From: Acidimicrobiaceae bacterium
GTDB taxonomy: Bacteria > Actinomycetota > Acidimicrobiia > Acidimicrobiales > Ilumatobacteraceae
Assembly: GCA_947458565.1 (NCBI GenBank)
Contig: CANGZK010000001.1
Span: forward strand, 1-30,792
Reading direction: 5' to 3'
Length of the DNA: 30,792 nt
Every line of letters starts with the position of its first letter. The stretch's first letter is position 1. Position numbers and translations under genes: made by a program. Below are positions 8,671-17,345 of this stretch, piece after piece. A model generated the notes under the pieces. The model saw only the letters and a program-made list of their open reading frames with translations. It did not search any database and was not told the DNA's origin.

Positions 8671-9320
8671 GTTTGACGAGAATTATCTTGGTTCGCCATG
8701 GCGAATCAGTGGTCACGGTAAATCGAGTATTGGGTGGTCCGCGCACGTGCACTGGGTTGTCACCGTTGGGTGAGCTTCAAGCAGCTGCGTTGCGCGAACG
8801 TCTTTCGCTGACCAAAGAAATTGAGCCCGATGTGTTGTATTCGAGTGCATACCCACGTGCACTAGAAACAGCGAAGATCATTGCGCCAGCATTTACGGGG
8901 CTCGAGATCAATGTCGAGCCTGGCTTTGGCGAACATGATCCTGGTCCGCAGTGCGACGGAATGACATATGTGGACTTCATGGCTAAGCATGGGAAGCCAG
9001 ACTGGGGCGGAGATCCAAACGCAGTGTTTTTTCCTGGTGGCGAGACGATCGCACAGTTTCATTCGCGAGTGGCTACTGCTTTGGACAAAGTTGTGAAAGA
9101 GCACTACGAAAAGACAATTGTTGTGGCGTGTCACGGCGGTGTGGTTGACGCGGTGATCCGGCGACACCTGAAGACACCGCAAACTGGGGCGTTTGAGATG
9201 CGCACAAAGAATTGTTCATTGACTGAGTTCGTTGAGATTCGGGCCGACCATTGGGCGTTACTGCGCTACAACGATCATGCTCATCTGCAAGGTTTACCAG
9301 TTGCAACAAATATTGACTAA
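8667..9320 (+). CDS. Histidine phosphatase family protein (phosphoglycerate mutase-like)
   Basis: RHGES motif, SSAYPRALETA, FPGGET and VACHGGV. The GTG start overlaps the upstream TGA (GTGA). Confidence 0.92.
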   Translation: MSLTRIILVRHGESVVTVNRVLGGPRTCTGLSPLGELQAAALRERLSLTKEIEPDVLYSSAYPRALETAKIIAPAFTGLEINVEPGFGEHDPGPQCDGMTYVDFMAKHGKPDWGGDPNAVFFPGGETIAQFHSRVATALDKVVKEHYEKTIVVACHGGVVDAVIRRHLKTPQTGAFEMRTKNCSLTEFVEIRADHWALLRYNDHAHLQGLPVATNID

Positions 9321-9350
9321 AAGTTTGCGCCAGCGATTAAGAATATAGAT

Positions 9351-10796
9351 GTGGCAATACTTCGCCAGAACAAACAGAAGACTAAACGACCAAGAGTTGT
9401 AGTCGTTGGTGCGGGTTCTGCTGGAGCCGTAATCGCCGCGCGTTTATCGCAGAACCAAGATGTTGATGTGCTGTTGCTGGAATCTGGACCAGAGATCGCG
9501 GTTGCGCTCGAGGCGAGTGGGACACGGAGCGCAAATTTCGTCGAAGCCCTAGAAGTCGAGAATCGAAACTTGCGCATCCCTGTACGTCGCGCTGCTAGTC
9601 AGGACATCAGTGAGTATGTGCGAGGCACGGGAACGGGTGGAAGCTCATCGGTCAATGCGATGGTTGGCATGTGGGGGATGGCGAGTGACTACGACAGGTG
9701 GGAGCGTGACTTGGGTTGCGACGGATGGTCGTGGCGAGATGTTGCACCTGTATTTGCAAACCTGCCGATACCACTACGCACCACGCTGTCGAGTGAGTGG
9801 GGGAATGTTGACCGTGCTCTCGTGGATGCTGCAACTGAATTGGGATTTGAAAGGCGTGACGATTTAAGTACGGCTCCACTCGCGGGTCATGGGGTTGGTG
9901 CAGTGTCGCTCACGATTAATGATGGTCGGCGTGCTTCGGTTAACGCCGTGTATCTCGAACCAGCGAGATCGAGGTTCAACTTGGAGATTCGTGGAAACTC
10001 GGCAGTTGACAGACTGAATATGAGTGGAAATGATGTAGTGGGAGTTCGCTTGGCAGATGGCAGCGACATTGATGCCGATGCTGTGGTGGTGTGTGCAGGG
10101 GCAATTGCGACTCCACAGATTTTATTGCGTACCAATATTCAGCGAAGCGGAATTGGGCAAGGTGTTAAAGATCATCCAGCCGTTGCATTTACTCTTGCGT
10201 TGAAAGAGCCGAGCGAGGCGCGCTACGCAATATCTGCGTTACTACGAACTACATCGACGACAACAAGTGAATACGCCGAGAACGACAGCGCCCAGCAAGG
10301 TGATATCCATTTGTTGCCTCTCAATCACACAACTGCACACGACAACATGCACGGAGCAATGTTTGCGGCGGTGATGCGTGTGTACTCAACGGGCAGTATC
10401 ACAGATACAAAGATTGACCTCAACCTGCTGAGCGACGAGCGTGATATGTGTGCGATGACAGAGGCGACGTCAATGCTTGCGACCATGATCGAGAGTCGAT
10501 CATTTACTGGCATCGCTGCCTCTGTGGGTGTTGGACCAACTACCGACAACATGCAGGAATGGTTGAGCGGCAACGTTGGCTCGTATTCGCACATTGGATG
10601 CTCGAGCAAGATGGGTGCTGTCACTGATGAAGATGCGGTTGTAGACACGAGCGGAAAAGTGATCGGATATAACCATGTGTGGGTCTGTGATGCATCAATT
10701 TTCCCCGACCTACCAACCGGCAACACACATCTCCCTGTGGTGATGATGGCTGAACGAATTTCGCAACGAATTAGTGAGAGTCTGAAGACCAATTGA
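9351..10796 (+). CDS. GMC-family flavoprotein oxidoreductase (choline dehydrogenase-like), substrate unknown
   Basis: GAGSAG FAD motif, GTGTGGSSSVNAM, LCAGAIATPQIL-type segment, G.GVKDHP and a C-terminal SH...KMG / DASIFP...GNTHLPVVMMAER. Confidence 0.9.
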   Translation: MAILRQNKQKTKRPRVVVVGAGSAGAVIAARLSQNQDVDVLLLESGPEIAVALEASGTRSANFVEALEVENRNLRIPVRRAASQDISEYVRGTGTGGSSSVNAMVGMWGMASDYDRWERDLGCDGWSWRDVAPVFANLPIPLRTTLSSEWGNVDRALVDAATELGFERRDDLSTAPLAGHGVGAVSLTINDGRRASVNAVYLEPARSRFNLEIRGNSAVDRLNMSGNDVVGVRLADGSDIDADAVVVCAGAIATPQILLRTNIQRSGIGQGVKDHPAVAFTLALKEPSEARYAISALLRTTSTTTSEYAENDSAQQGDIHLLPLNHTTAHDNMHGAMFAAVMRVYSTGSITDTKIDLNLLSDERDMCAMTEATSMLATMIESRSFTGIAASVGVGPTTDNMQEWLSGNVGSYSHIGCSSKMGAVTDEDAVVDTSGKVIGYNHVWVCDASIFPDLPTGNTHLPVVMMAERISQRISESLKTN

Positions 10797-12303
10797 GGCT
10801 GCGTTGCAGAGCGCGACTCCATAATGAATAATCGCTCGCAGTGGTAGCCGTTGGTTGTGGCGTAAATGTGCGATCGAGCTGCCACGACTCGGTGATCGAC
10901 TGCAACGTTGGCCAGATTCCTTCAGCCAAACCTGCCAGGTAGGCGGCACCCAGCGCTGTTGTCTCCAAATCTTTGGGCCGCACTACGGTGACTCCGAGTT
11001 GGTCAGCTTGCATTTGCAGCATCATGTCCATGACTGCCGCACCGCCGTCGACTCGCATGTCGATAAGTGGAACTCCCGTTGCCTTGACCATTGCCAAGAC
11101 AACATCGCGAGTTTGAAACGTCATTGACTGAATGACTGCACGAGCGATATGTGCGCGTGTAGTGCCACGAGTGATGCCGCAGATGATGCCGCGTGCATGT
11201 GGGTCCCACCACGGACTACCAAGACCGGTGAATGCGGGGACAACAACAACTCCGCCACTGTCGGCAACTGAATCGGCAAGAGGTGCAACTTGTGCGGCAT
11301 TGTCAATGATGTTGAGACCATCGCGCAGCCATTGGATTGCACTTCCTGTTACGAAGATCGAACCTTCAAGTGCATAAGTTGGCTTGCCAGATCCAAGATC
11401 CCAGGCAACGGTGGTGAGCATGCCGTCGGTTGGTGGCGGGCACTCCGTACCCACGTTCATGAGAACAAAACTGCCCGTGCCGTATGTGTTTTTACTGCTA
11501 CCGATATCGAAACATGCCTGACCGAACAGCGCCGCTTGTTGATCGCCGGCGATACCCGAGATCGGTATGCCTCCTGGAATAAATATGTCAGCATCGTCGT
11601 CTTTGTTGGCTGAACTTCTGAAACTCTGTGTGACACCGCATCGACCACTGGAGGGAACAACGGTTGGCAGGGAAGCGATCGGCACATCAAATGTGTTGCA
11701 CAACTGCTCACTCCACTGCATGCTGTTGATATCGAACAACATGGTGCGACTTGCATTTGACGGGTCGGTGACAAAAGATTTCGCTCCGGTGAGATTCCAG
11801 ATAATCCACGAGTCGATGGTTCCAACAGCAAGGTCGTTAGTTTGCGGAATCTGGCCGTTCTGGATCATCCATTGCACCTTGGATCCTGAAAAATACGGAT
11901 CCAGTACGAGACCGGTAGTTGCGCGAACAGTTGCGAGTATTGGCTGCAACTCGGCGCACCTATCGGCGGTGCGACGGTCTTGCCAAACGATTGCCCGACC
12001 AAAAGGAACTCCAGTTGTTTTGTCCCATGCCACGATGGTTTCACGTTGGTTGGTAATGCCGATTGTGACGACTTGGGCATTGGGCATGGTCGAGAGATTG
12101 GAAATCACTTCACTCAGTGTCTGGCGAACAGCCTGCATGATTTCAAGTGCGTCGTGTTCGACCCAGCCTGGTTGTGGAAAATACTGAGGAAATTCGCGGT
12201 AGCTCGAAACTGATGTTCGACCATCTGCAAATATGGCGCGTGAACGAACTCCTGTAGTGCCAGCATCAATGGCTACGACAGCGCTCATCTTGTTATTTGC
12301 CAT
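10771..12303 (-). CDS. glpK: Glycerol kinase
   Basis: DAGTTGVRS, GITNQRET, WQDRRT, DPYFSGSK, GDQQAALFGQ, KNTYGTG and YALEGS motifs. Confidence 0.96.
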   Translation of the reverse strand: MANNKMSAVVAIDAGTTGVRSRAIFADGRTSVSSYREFPQYFPQPGWVEHDALEIMQAVRQTLSEVISNLSTMPNAQVVTIGITNQRETIVAWDKTTGVPFGRAIVWQDRRTADRCAELQPILATVRATTGLVLDPYFSGSKVQWMIQNGQIPQTNDLAVGTIDSWIIWNLTGAKSFVTDPSNASRTMLFDINSMQWSEQLCNTFDVPIASLPTVVPSSGRCGVTQSFRSSANKDDDADIFIPGGIPISGIAGDQQAALFGQACFDIGSSKNTYGTGSFVLMNVGTECPPPTDGMLTTVAWDLGSGKPTYALEGSIFVTGSAIQWLRDGLNIIDNAAQVAPLADSVADSGGVVVVPAFTGLGSPWWDPHARGIICGITRGTTRAHIARAVIQSMTFQTRDVVLAMVKATGVPLIDMRVDGGAAVMDMMLQMQADQLGVTVVRPKDLETTALGAAYLAGLAEGIWPTLQSITESWQLDRTFTPQPTATTASDYSLWSRALQRSLNWSSDSH

Positions 12304-12427
12304 TCAACTCGGATTGACGCGATGGATCAATGTCGCGTGGAAACTGATCGGTACGAATACCGCAGGATGAAAGCATTGCCACAATCATCAAGATGATGCC
12401 AAAAGAGAGTTTGGACTTTGATTTCAT
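12293..12427 (-). CDS. Unannotated 44-aa putative lipoprotein MKSKSKLSFGIILMIVAMLSSCGIRTDQFPRDIDPSRQSELNGK
   Basis: Translated by hand. It has a Lys-rich n-region, a hydrophobic h-region and lipobox L-S-S-C22. The ATG overlaps the kinase TGA (ATGA) and the stop overlaps the glpK start by 11 nt, so it fills the whole gap. Confidence 0.78.
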   Translation of the reverse strand: MKSKSKLSFGIILMIVAMLSSCGIRTDQFPRDIDPSRQSELNGK

Positions 12428-13950
12428 GAGATGGTCTCGGTGCTGGAACGTGTAACGGTGGCTGGCTGATCTTGAGTGAAGACATCCAGATCAACAATAA
12501 ATCTTGCTCCACGAATTCCATCCTGCCTATTTTCGGCCCAGATACTTCCTGAGTGAAGCGCAACATGTTCTGCTGCAAGGGCAAGACCGAGTCCGGCGCC
12601 TTCCGACCCAGCACGTTGTCCTGCAGACCCACCTCGCGAAAAGCGTTCAAAGATCTTTTCTTCTTCGCCGTCTATCAAACCACTTCCATCATCTTCAACA
12701 ATCACCCACACGCGCGATTGGGTTGGATCGTCATCGGCAAATTGAATGATGATCTTCGGTTTGCCGCCGCTATGGATGCGCGCATTATCGATCAGGTTGG
12801 CGAATACGCGGGCAAGTCGACGTTTATCGCCTTGCACAAAAATCTGATCTGTTCCTGCGGCGAAGATGACATCGGTGCGAGGAAGTGAACTCACAGCAAT
12901 GGCCTGGCGAACGAATTCAAGTAGTGCGAGAGGTTCATTGATGAGTCGAATAGCACCGGCATCGAAGCGTGAGATCTCAAGCAAGTCTTCAACGAGTCCT
13001 TGAAAGCGAGTGACATCGCCAATGAGCAAGTCGAGGGCAGCCTGCGAACGCTCGGGAAGCTCATCGCGGCGCGAATGCATAACCTGAGCCGATGCTGCAA
13101 GTGTCATGAGTGGCGATCGCAATTCATGACTGACGTCAGATGTAAATCGCGCATCGCGTTCAACTCGAGTTTGCAGAGTTGCAACCATGTCATTGAAGGC
13201 TGTCGCAAGCATTTCTAGATCGCGATCTCGGGTCGTTTCAAGCCTGGTATCAAAACGCCCCTCGGCGATTGCACTAGCTGCTTGGGCTGCTTGTACGAGT
13301 GGGCGAACGGTTCGGCCAGATACAAGGAGTCCGAGGCCAATACCGACTGCAGTAGTGATAGCACCTGAAAGCATAAGGGCAATGAAAACGCTGCGCAATG
13401 CGCTTTGGGTCTCGCGAAGACTTTCAAGTTCGAAATAAAAAGCATCTGCTTTCTCCAGCGGAATACCAACTAGGAGAGCTGCGTTGACACCGTGATCAAT
13501 GATCATGTGCGCGGCCTTAAGGTCTGTGACCACTCGAGTTTTCAGTGCTGTCGGAATATCTGCTTGAGTGAAACCCTTGGATTTGCTTGTCCAAACTCCG
13601 CTGCTGAAGAGCAATCGCTGCGCAGAACCAAACTGTTCGAGCGCTCTAAGCATGTCGTCGGGGTTGACGAGTAGATCATTTTGTACACGCTTGGCGTTGG
13701 CGAATGCTTGATTGATTTCTGCTGTTTCGCGTTGTTGGACAAAGCTGCTACGCGTAAAACCGTAGGTAGTGATGGCCAGCACACCAGAAAGAATCATGGC
13801 TCCAGCACCGAATGAGATAAGGATGCGATGGCGCAAACCAATTCGGCGAGGGAGTAGCGCTCGTACGGTATTGCGGATGACTCGGCGAGCTCGTGTGCGC
13901 CGGTAGCGAGGTGGTCGCGACGGTTGGAGTGGTTGGGATGTGGCGGTCAC
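12424..13950 (-). CDS. Membrane sensor histidine kinase with HAMP domain (MtrB/AfsQ2-like)
   Basis: Two TM segments and a HAMP region; H-box RFTSDVSHELRSPL, N-box NLIDNA, G1 VEDDGSG, F-box IFERFSRG, G2 GAGLGL. The GTG start overlaps the regulator TGA. Confidence 0.95.
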   Translation of the reverse strand: MTATSQPLQPSRPPRYRRTRARRVIRNTVRALLPRRIGLRHRILISFGAGAMILSGVLAITTYGFTRSSFVQQRETAEINQAFANAKRVQNDLLVNPDDMLRALEQFGSAQRLLFSSGVWTSKSKGFTQADIPTALKTRVVTDLKAAHMIIDHGVNAALLVGIPLEKADAFYFELESLRETQSALRSVFIALMLSGAITTAVGIGLGLLVSGRTVRPLVQAAQAASAIAEGRFDTRLETTRDRDLEMLATAFNDMVATLQTRVERDARFTSDVSHELRSPLMTLAASAQVMHSRRDELPERSQAALDLLIGDVTRFQGLVEDLLEISRFDAGAIRLINEPLALLEFVRQAIAVSSLPRTDVIFAAGTDQIFVQGDKRRLARVFANLIDNARIHSGGKPKIIIQFADDDPTQSRVWVIVEDDGSGLIDGEEEKIFERFSRGGSAGQRAGSEGAGLGLALAAEHVALHSGSIWAENRQDGIRGARFIVDLDVFTQDQPATVTRSSTETIS

Positions 13951-14627
13951 GACTGCAAGCGATAGCCAAGACCGCGAACTGTCACAACGTGTGTTGGTTC
14001 TGCAGGATCTACTTCAACTTTCATTCGCAGTCGACGAATGTGAACATCGACCAGTCGTCCATCACCGAAGTACCCGTGACCCCAAACTTTGTCGAGCAAG
14101 ACCTCACGACTAAACACACCATTTGGATCGTGGGCTAATTCGCACAGTAAGCGAAACTCAGTTTTAGTGAGCAGAACATCCTTGCCAGCGAGAGTTACCT
14201 TGCCTTCATCAGGGATGATTTCTAGATTTCCAAACACAAGTTTCGAATGTCCAGGTGCAGATGGACGCACTCGTCTGAGCAGTGCACGAATACGAGCAGA
14301 GAGTTCCTTTGGTGCGAAAGGCTTGGTGAGATAATCGTCCGCACCAGCCTCGAGCCCGGCAACAACATCGTGAGTATCGATACGTGCAGTAACCATGACG
14401 ATGGGAACATCGCTCAATTTCCGAATCGTGCGACACAACTCAAAACCGTCGATACCAGGGAGCATGATGTCAATAAGCACGACATCGGAAGGAGTGCTCT
14501 GAAAAATCGCAATTGCATCTTCGCCGGTCGGAGCCTCATCGACGATCCAGCCTTCGTCCTCGAGGGCAAGTTTGACGGAGGCTCTGATGCGCTCGTCGTC
14601 CTCAACGGTTAAGACACGAATCGCCAT
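13947..14627 (-). CDS. OmpR/PhoB-family response regulator (MtrA/AfsQ1-like)
   Basis: VEDD, phospho-Asp LIDIMLPG, GADDYLTKPF and the winged helix RLVDVHIRRLRMK...TVRGLGY. Confidence 0.96.
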   Translation of the reverse strand: MAIRVLTVEDDERIRASVKLALEDEGWIVDEAPTGEDAIAIFQSTPSDVVLIDIMLPGIDGFELCRTIRKLSDVPIVMVTARIDTHDVVAGLEAGADDYLTKPFAPKELSARIRALLRRVRPSAPGHSKLVFGNLEIIPDEGKVTLAGKDVLLTKTEFRLLCELAHDPNGVFSREVLLDKVWGHGYFGDGRLVDVHIRRLRMKVEVDPAEPTHVVTVRGLGYRLQS

Positions 14628-14638
14628 GGGCCTAATAC

Positions 14639-15445
14639 TTACCGATCGGAGGTGCTGGAAGTCAAAATGAGGTCGCCGAGTTGGCTGAATATGTTGGGAT
14701 TGGAGACCAATACTTGGGCAGGTCGCAATGCGTTACCAGCAAAGTCTCCTGTTTGGCATCCTGCTTCGCGAGCGATCAGATCCCCAGCAGCGACGTCCCA
14801 GGAGTGGAGATTTTCTTCGAAGTATGCATCAAACCTGCCGCAGGCGACGAAACACATATCGATTGATGCTGCTCCGAAGCGTCGAATGTCGCGAACCTGG
14901 TGGATGAACTTTGAAACTCGTGTGGCCTGCACCGTTCGCTGTTCGGCTGAGTAACTGAACCCCGTGCAGACAAGCGCCTTGGAAACATCGTTGAGCGGAT
15001 TGCAATGGATGGGTTCGCCGTTGCAAAATGCGCCACCACTGCGAGTTGCCGTAAAGATTTCGTTCAAAGCGGGGATGTACACCGCACCTGCAAGCGAACC
15101 ATGCTCGTCAACGGCACCGATCGATACCGCCCAAGTCGGCAAGTCATAAAAGAAGTTGGTCGTGCCATCGATCGGGTCGATGTGCCACGTGATCCCACTC
15201 GTACCCGAAAGGCTTGCACCTTCTTCGCCGATAATTGCATCATCTGGGCGCATTGCACTCAGACCTTGCACGATCAATACTTCTGATGCCTTGTCGAACT
15301 CGGTGACCATGTCTGTCGCGGTTGACTTGGTCTGAACTTGTTTGAGACCTGATCGACGTCCATCAAGTGCCATATCTCCGGCTTGCTTGGCCAACGTGGT
15401 TGCAACTTGCAAAAGTTGGGACGCGAGTTGACTAGTTGTCGGCAA
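14639..15445 (-). CDS. suhB: Inositol monophosphatase family protein (SuhB-like)
   Basis: DMVTEFD, IIGEEG, IDPIDGTTNF, RRFGAASID and WDVAAG motifs. Start placed at TTG 15445 with GGAGAA upstream; the ORF-track start 15484 overlaps the upstream gene further. Confidence 0.9.
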   Translation of the reverse strand: MPTTSQLASQLLQVATTLAKQAGDMALDGRRSGLKQVQTKSTATDMVTEFDKASEVLIVQGLSAMRPDDAIIGEEGASLSGTSGITWHIDPIDGTTNFFYDLPTWAVSIGAVDEHGSLAGAVYIPALNEIFTATRSGGAFCNGEPIHCNPLNDVSKALVCTGFSYSAEQRTVQATRVSKFIHQVRDIRRFGAASIDMCFVACGRFDAYFEENLHSWDVAAGDLIAREAGCQTGDFAGNALRPAQVLVSNPNIFSQLGDLILTSSTSDR

Positions 15446-15701
15446 GTTCGCGCCATTCTCCGACTGCACGTAGCACCAAAACACTCACTACCGACATGCC
15501 AATAGCGCCAGTAATTGCACCGAGCAAGAGGCCAATGCCTGTACCCACTGAACATTCGCCAGCGCACTGCAAGTCAACAAGTGAGTATCCAATAGCGGCA
15601 CCTGCAGCACCTGCAATCAACACTCCAACGAATGCGATGACTCTTGCGCGAGGGGATGGAAGTGCGGACAAGGAGCGCTTGTCGTTCGGGGTTTGTGGCA
15701 C
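15432..15701 (-). CDS. Small two-TM membrane protein of unknown function (89 aa)
   Basis: The 3' half of ORF 15432..15983 has two Gly/Ala-rich hydrophobic helices joined by a CAGEC loop. GTG 15701 has -10-like TACGCT 6 nt upstream. The longer 5' part is antisense shadow of dinB. Confidence 0.75.
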   Translation of the reverse strand: MPQTPNDKRSLSALPSPRARVIAFVGVLIAGAAGAAIGYSLVDLQCAGECSVGTGIGLLLGAITGAIGMSVVSVLVLRAVGEWRELADN

Positions 15702-15706
15702 CCGAT

Positions 15707-15713
15707 TAGCGTA
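15707..15713. promoter_or_regulatory. Overlapping opposite-strand -10 boxes (TAGCGT plus, TACGCT minus): candidate bidirectional promoter
   Basis: Only 21 bp separate the two divergent GTG starts. Both hexamers fit the actinobacterial TAnnnT consensus. Confidence 0.45.
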
Positions 15714-15722
15714 GTTGTTGTC

Positions 15723-16979
15723 GTGAAACCAGCCCGAACAATTCTGCATGTCGATATGGACATGTTTTACGTAGCGGTGGAGTTGCGTCAGCGTCCTGAG
15801 CTGCGGGGCAAGCCGGTTGTCGTTGGGGGTGAAGGTAAGCGAGGTGTAGTAGCGGCCGCGTCGTACGAGGCACGCAGGTACGGAGTGTTTTCTGCAATGC
15901 CCTCGGTACGGGCTCGCAGGCTTTGCCCGGATGCAATTTTTCTGCCAGGCGATATGGATCTCTATGTGCGGGTGAGTTCCCAAGTGTTCGACATTTTTCG
16001 AGACTTCACACCCCTGGTCGAAGGGCTTTCTCTCGACGAAGCTTTTTTGGATGTGACCGGAGCGGAACGATTACTTGGTGATGGTGTAGCAATTGCTGAG
16101 GCAATTCGAAAACGGGTTTTGGATGAAGTGGGATTGGTGTGCAGTGTCGGTGTTGCAACAAGTAAATTTGTTGCAAAGTTGGCATCAAAGACCGCAAAGC
16201 CGATCGCCGATCACGTGAGTGTGCGACCTGGGCGAGGAGTTGTGCAGATCGAGAGTGGCAAGGAACGTGAATTTATCCACGGACTCAACGTCGAGGCTTT
16301 GTGGGGGGTTGGTCCCGCAACGCTTGCAAAACTGCAAAGCATCAGTATCAAGACCGTTGCAGAAATGGCTGTCATCGATCTGCAGATTTTGAAGCATCTA
16401 TTAGGAGATGCTCATGCAACCCATCTTCATCAACTTGCTAATGGCATCGATGATCGGGAAGTTGAGCCAAACTCAGACTCAAAATCGATCGGTCATGAAG
16501 AAACTTTCAGTAATGACATTTTCGAGATTGAGACTGTGCGAGGGCATCTTGTTCGATTGTCGGATCTGGTCGCAAGGAGATGTCGAGAGGAAGGGCTTGC
16601 GCCGCGAACCTGCACGGTCAAAATTAAGTATTCGGATTTTGTGTCGATCACTCGCTCGAATACAAGTGCAACACCAATAACAAGCGCGCAAGCAATGATG
16701 CAGATGATTGAAGGCTTATTGGTCGATATTGAAATGTCGCGTGGTGTACGACTGGTGGGTATTTCGACTCGCAACTTTGCAGTACCTGAAGCGCAATTAA
16801 GTTTGTTCGACGAAGGGACTCACAGCCAGGATGCAGCTTTGCTTGACGAGGTGTGGGCTCCGGCCACTGCGGCCATCGACGGCATTCGTGAGCGATTTGG
16901 CGACGACGCAATCGGCTTGGCCAGCACACTAAATTCGAAGCGCCGACCGGGTTCATCAAAATGGGGCCCCGAGCAATAA
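15723..16979 (+). CDS. dinB: DNA polymerase IV (Y family)
   Basis: ILHVDMDMFYVAVE, VVAAASYEARRYGV, SLDEAFLDV and LWGVGP motifs, plus the beta-clamp motif QLSLF. Start placed at GTG 15723. Confidence 0.95.
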   Translation: MKPARTILHVDMDMFYVAVELRQRPELRGKPVVVGGEGKRGVVAAASYEARRYGVFSAMPSVRARRLCPDAIFLPGDMDLYVRVSSQVFDIFRDFTPLVEGLSLDEAFLDVTGAERLLGDGVAIAEAIRKRVLDEVGLVCSVGVATSKFVAKLASKTAKPIADHVSVRPGRGVVQIESGKEREFIHGLNVEALWGVGPATLAKLQSISIKTVAEMAVIDLQILKHLLGDAHATHLHQLANGIDDREVEPNSDSKSIGHEETFSNDIFEIETVRGHLVRLSDLVARRCREEGLAPRTCTVKIKYSDFVSITRSNTSATPITSAQAMMQMIEGLLVDIEMSRGVRLVGISTRNFAVPEAQLSLFDEGTHSQDAALLDEVWAPATAAIDGIRERFGDDAIGLASTLNSKRRPGSSKWGPEQ

Positions 16980-16991
16980 GATGAGGTGACT

Positions 16992-17345
16992 ATGCCACTG
17001 TCAGCGGAAGAACTCAAAATATTGCAACAAATTGAGCAGTCGCTCGAAACTGATGAGCGATTTGCAAGTGCCGTAAAACCATCTGGGATTTATGCTCATT
17101 CGGCTCGTAAGGCTTGGTGGGCTGGTCTTGGCGCAATCGCTTCACTCGTGTTCACTGTTTTTGCCTTGCAGGTACATTTTCTAGTTGCGTTCGCCGGCTT
17201 TTTGGCAATGCTCGGTTGCGTGTTGATCATTGAGCAGCAATTGCGTGCGATGAGCAAAGTTGGTTTGAAAGACGTCGCTGCGTCGTTGCGCAAGGCGCGC
17301 ACTAATGCCGCTTCGAGTCGAATCAAATTTGGCAAAGACTTTTAA
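16992..17345 (+). CDS. DUF3040-like small membrane protein
   Basis: MPLSAEELKILQQIEQSLETDERFAS N-terminus followed by a two-TM hairpin. SD GAGGTG precedes ATG 16992. Position after dinB and near mraZ is typical of actinobacteria. Confidence 0.78.
   Translation: MPLSAEELKILQQIEQSLETDERFASAVKPSGIYAHSARKAWWAGLGAIASLVFTVFALQVHFLVAFAGFLAMLGCVLIIEQQLRAMSKVGLKDVAASLRKARTNAASSRIKFGKDF

Noticed and set aside
9351-10796. GMC enzyme as mycofactocin-system MftG
   Set aside because: No mftA-F genes are nearby and only general GMC motifs are recognisable.
15660-15760. SOS (LexA) box upstream of dinB
   Set aside because: No match to the actinobacterial TCGAAC-N4-GTTCGA box in or near the 21-bp spacer.
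15702-15983. 5' half of ORF 15432..15983 as coding
   Set aside because: It is antisense to the conserved N-terminus of dinB and not protein-like; a better start exists at GTG 15701.
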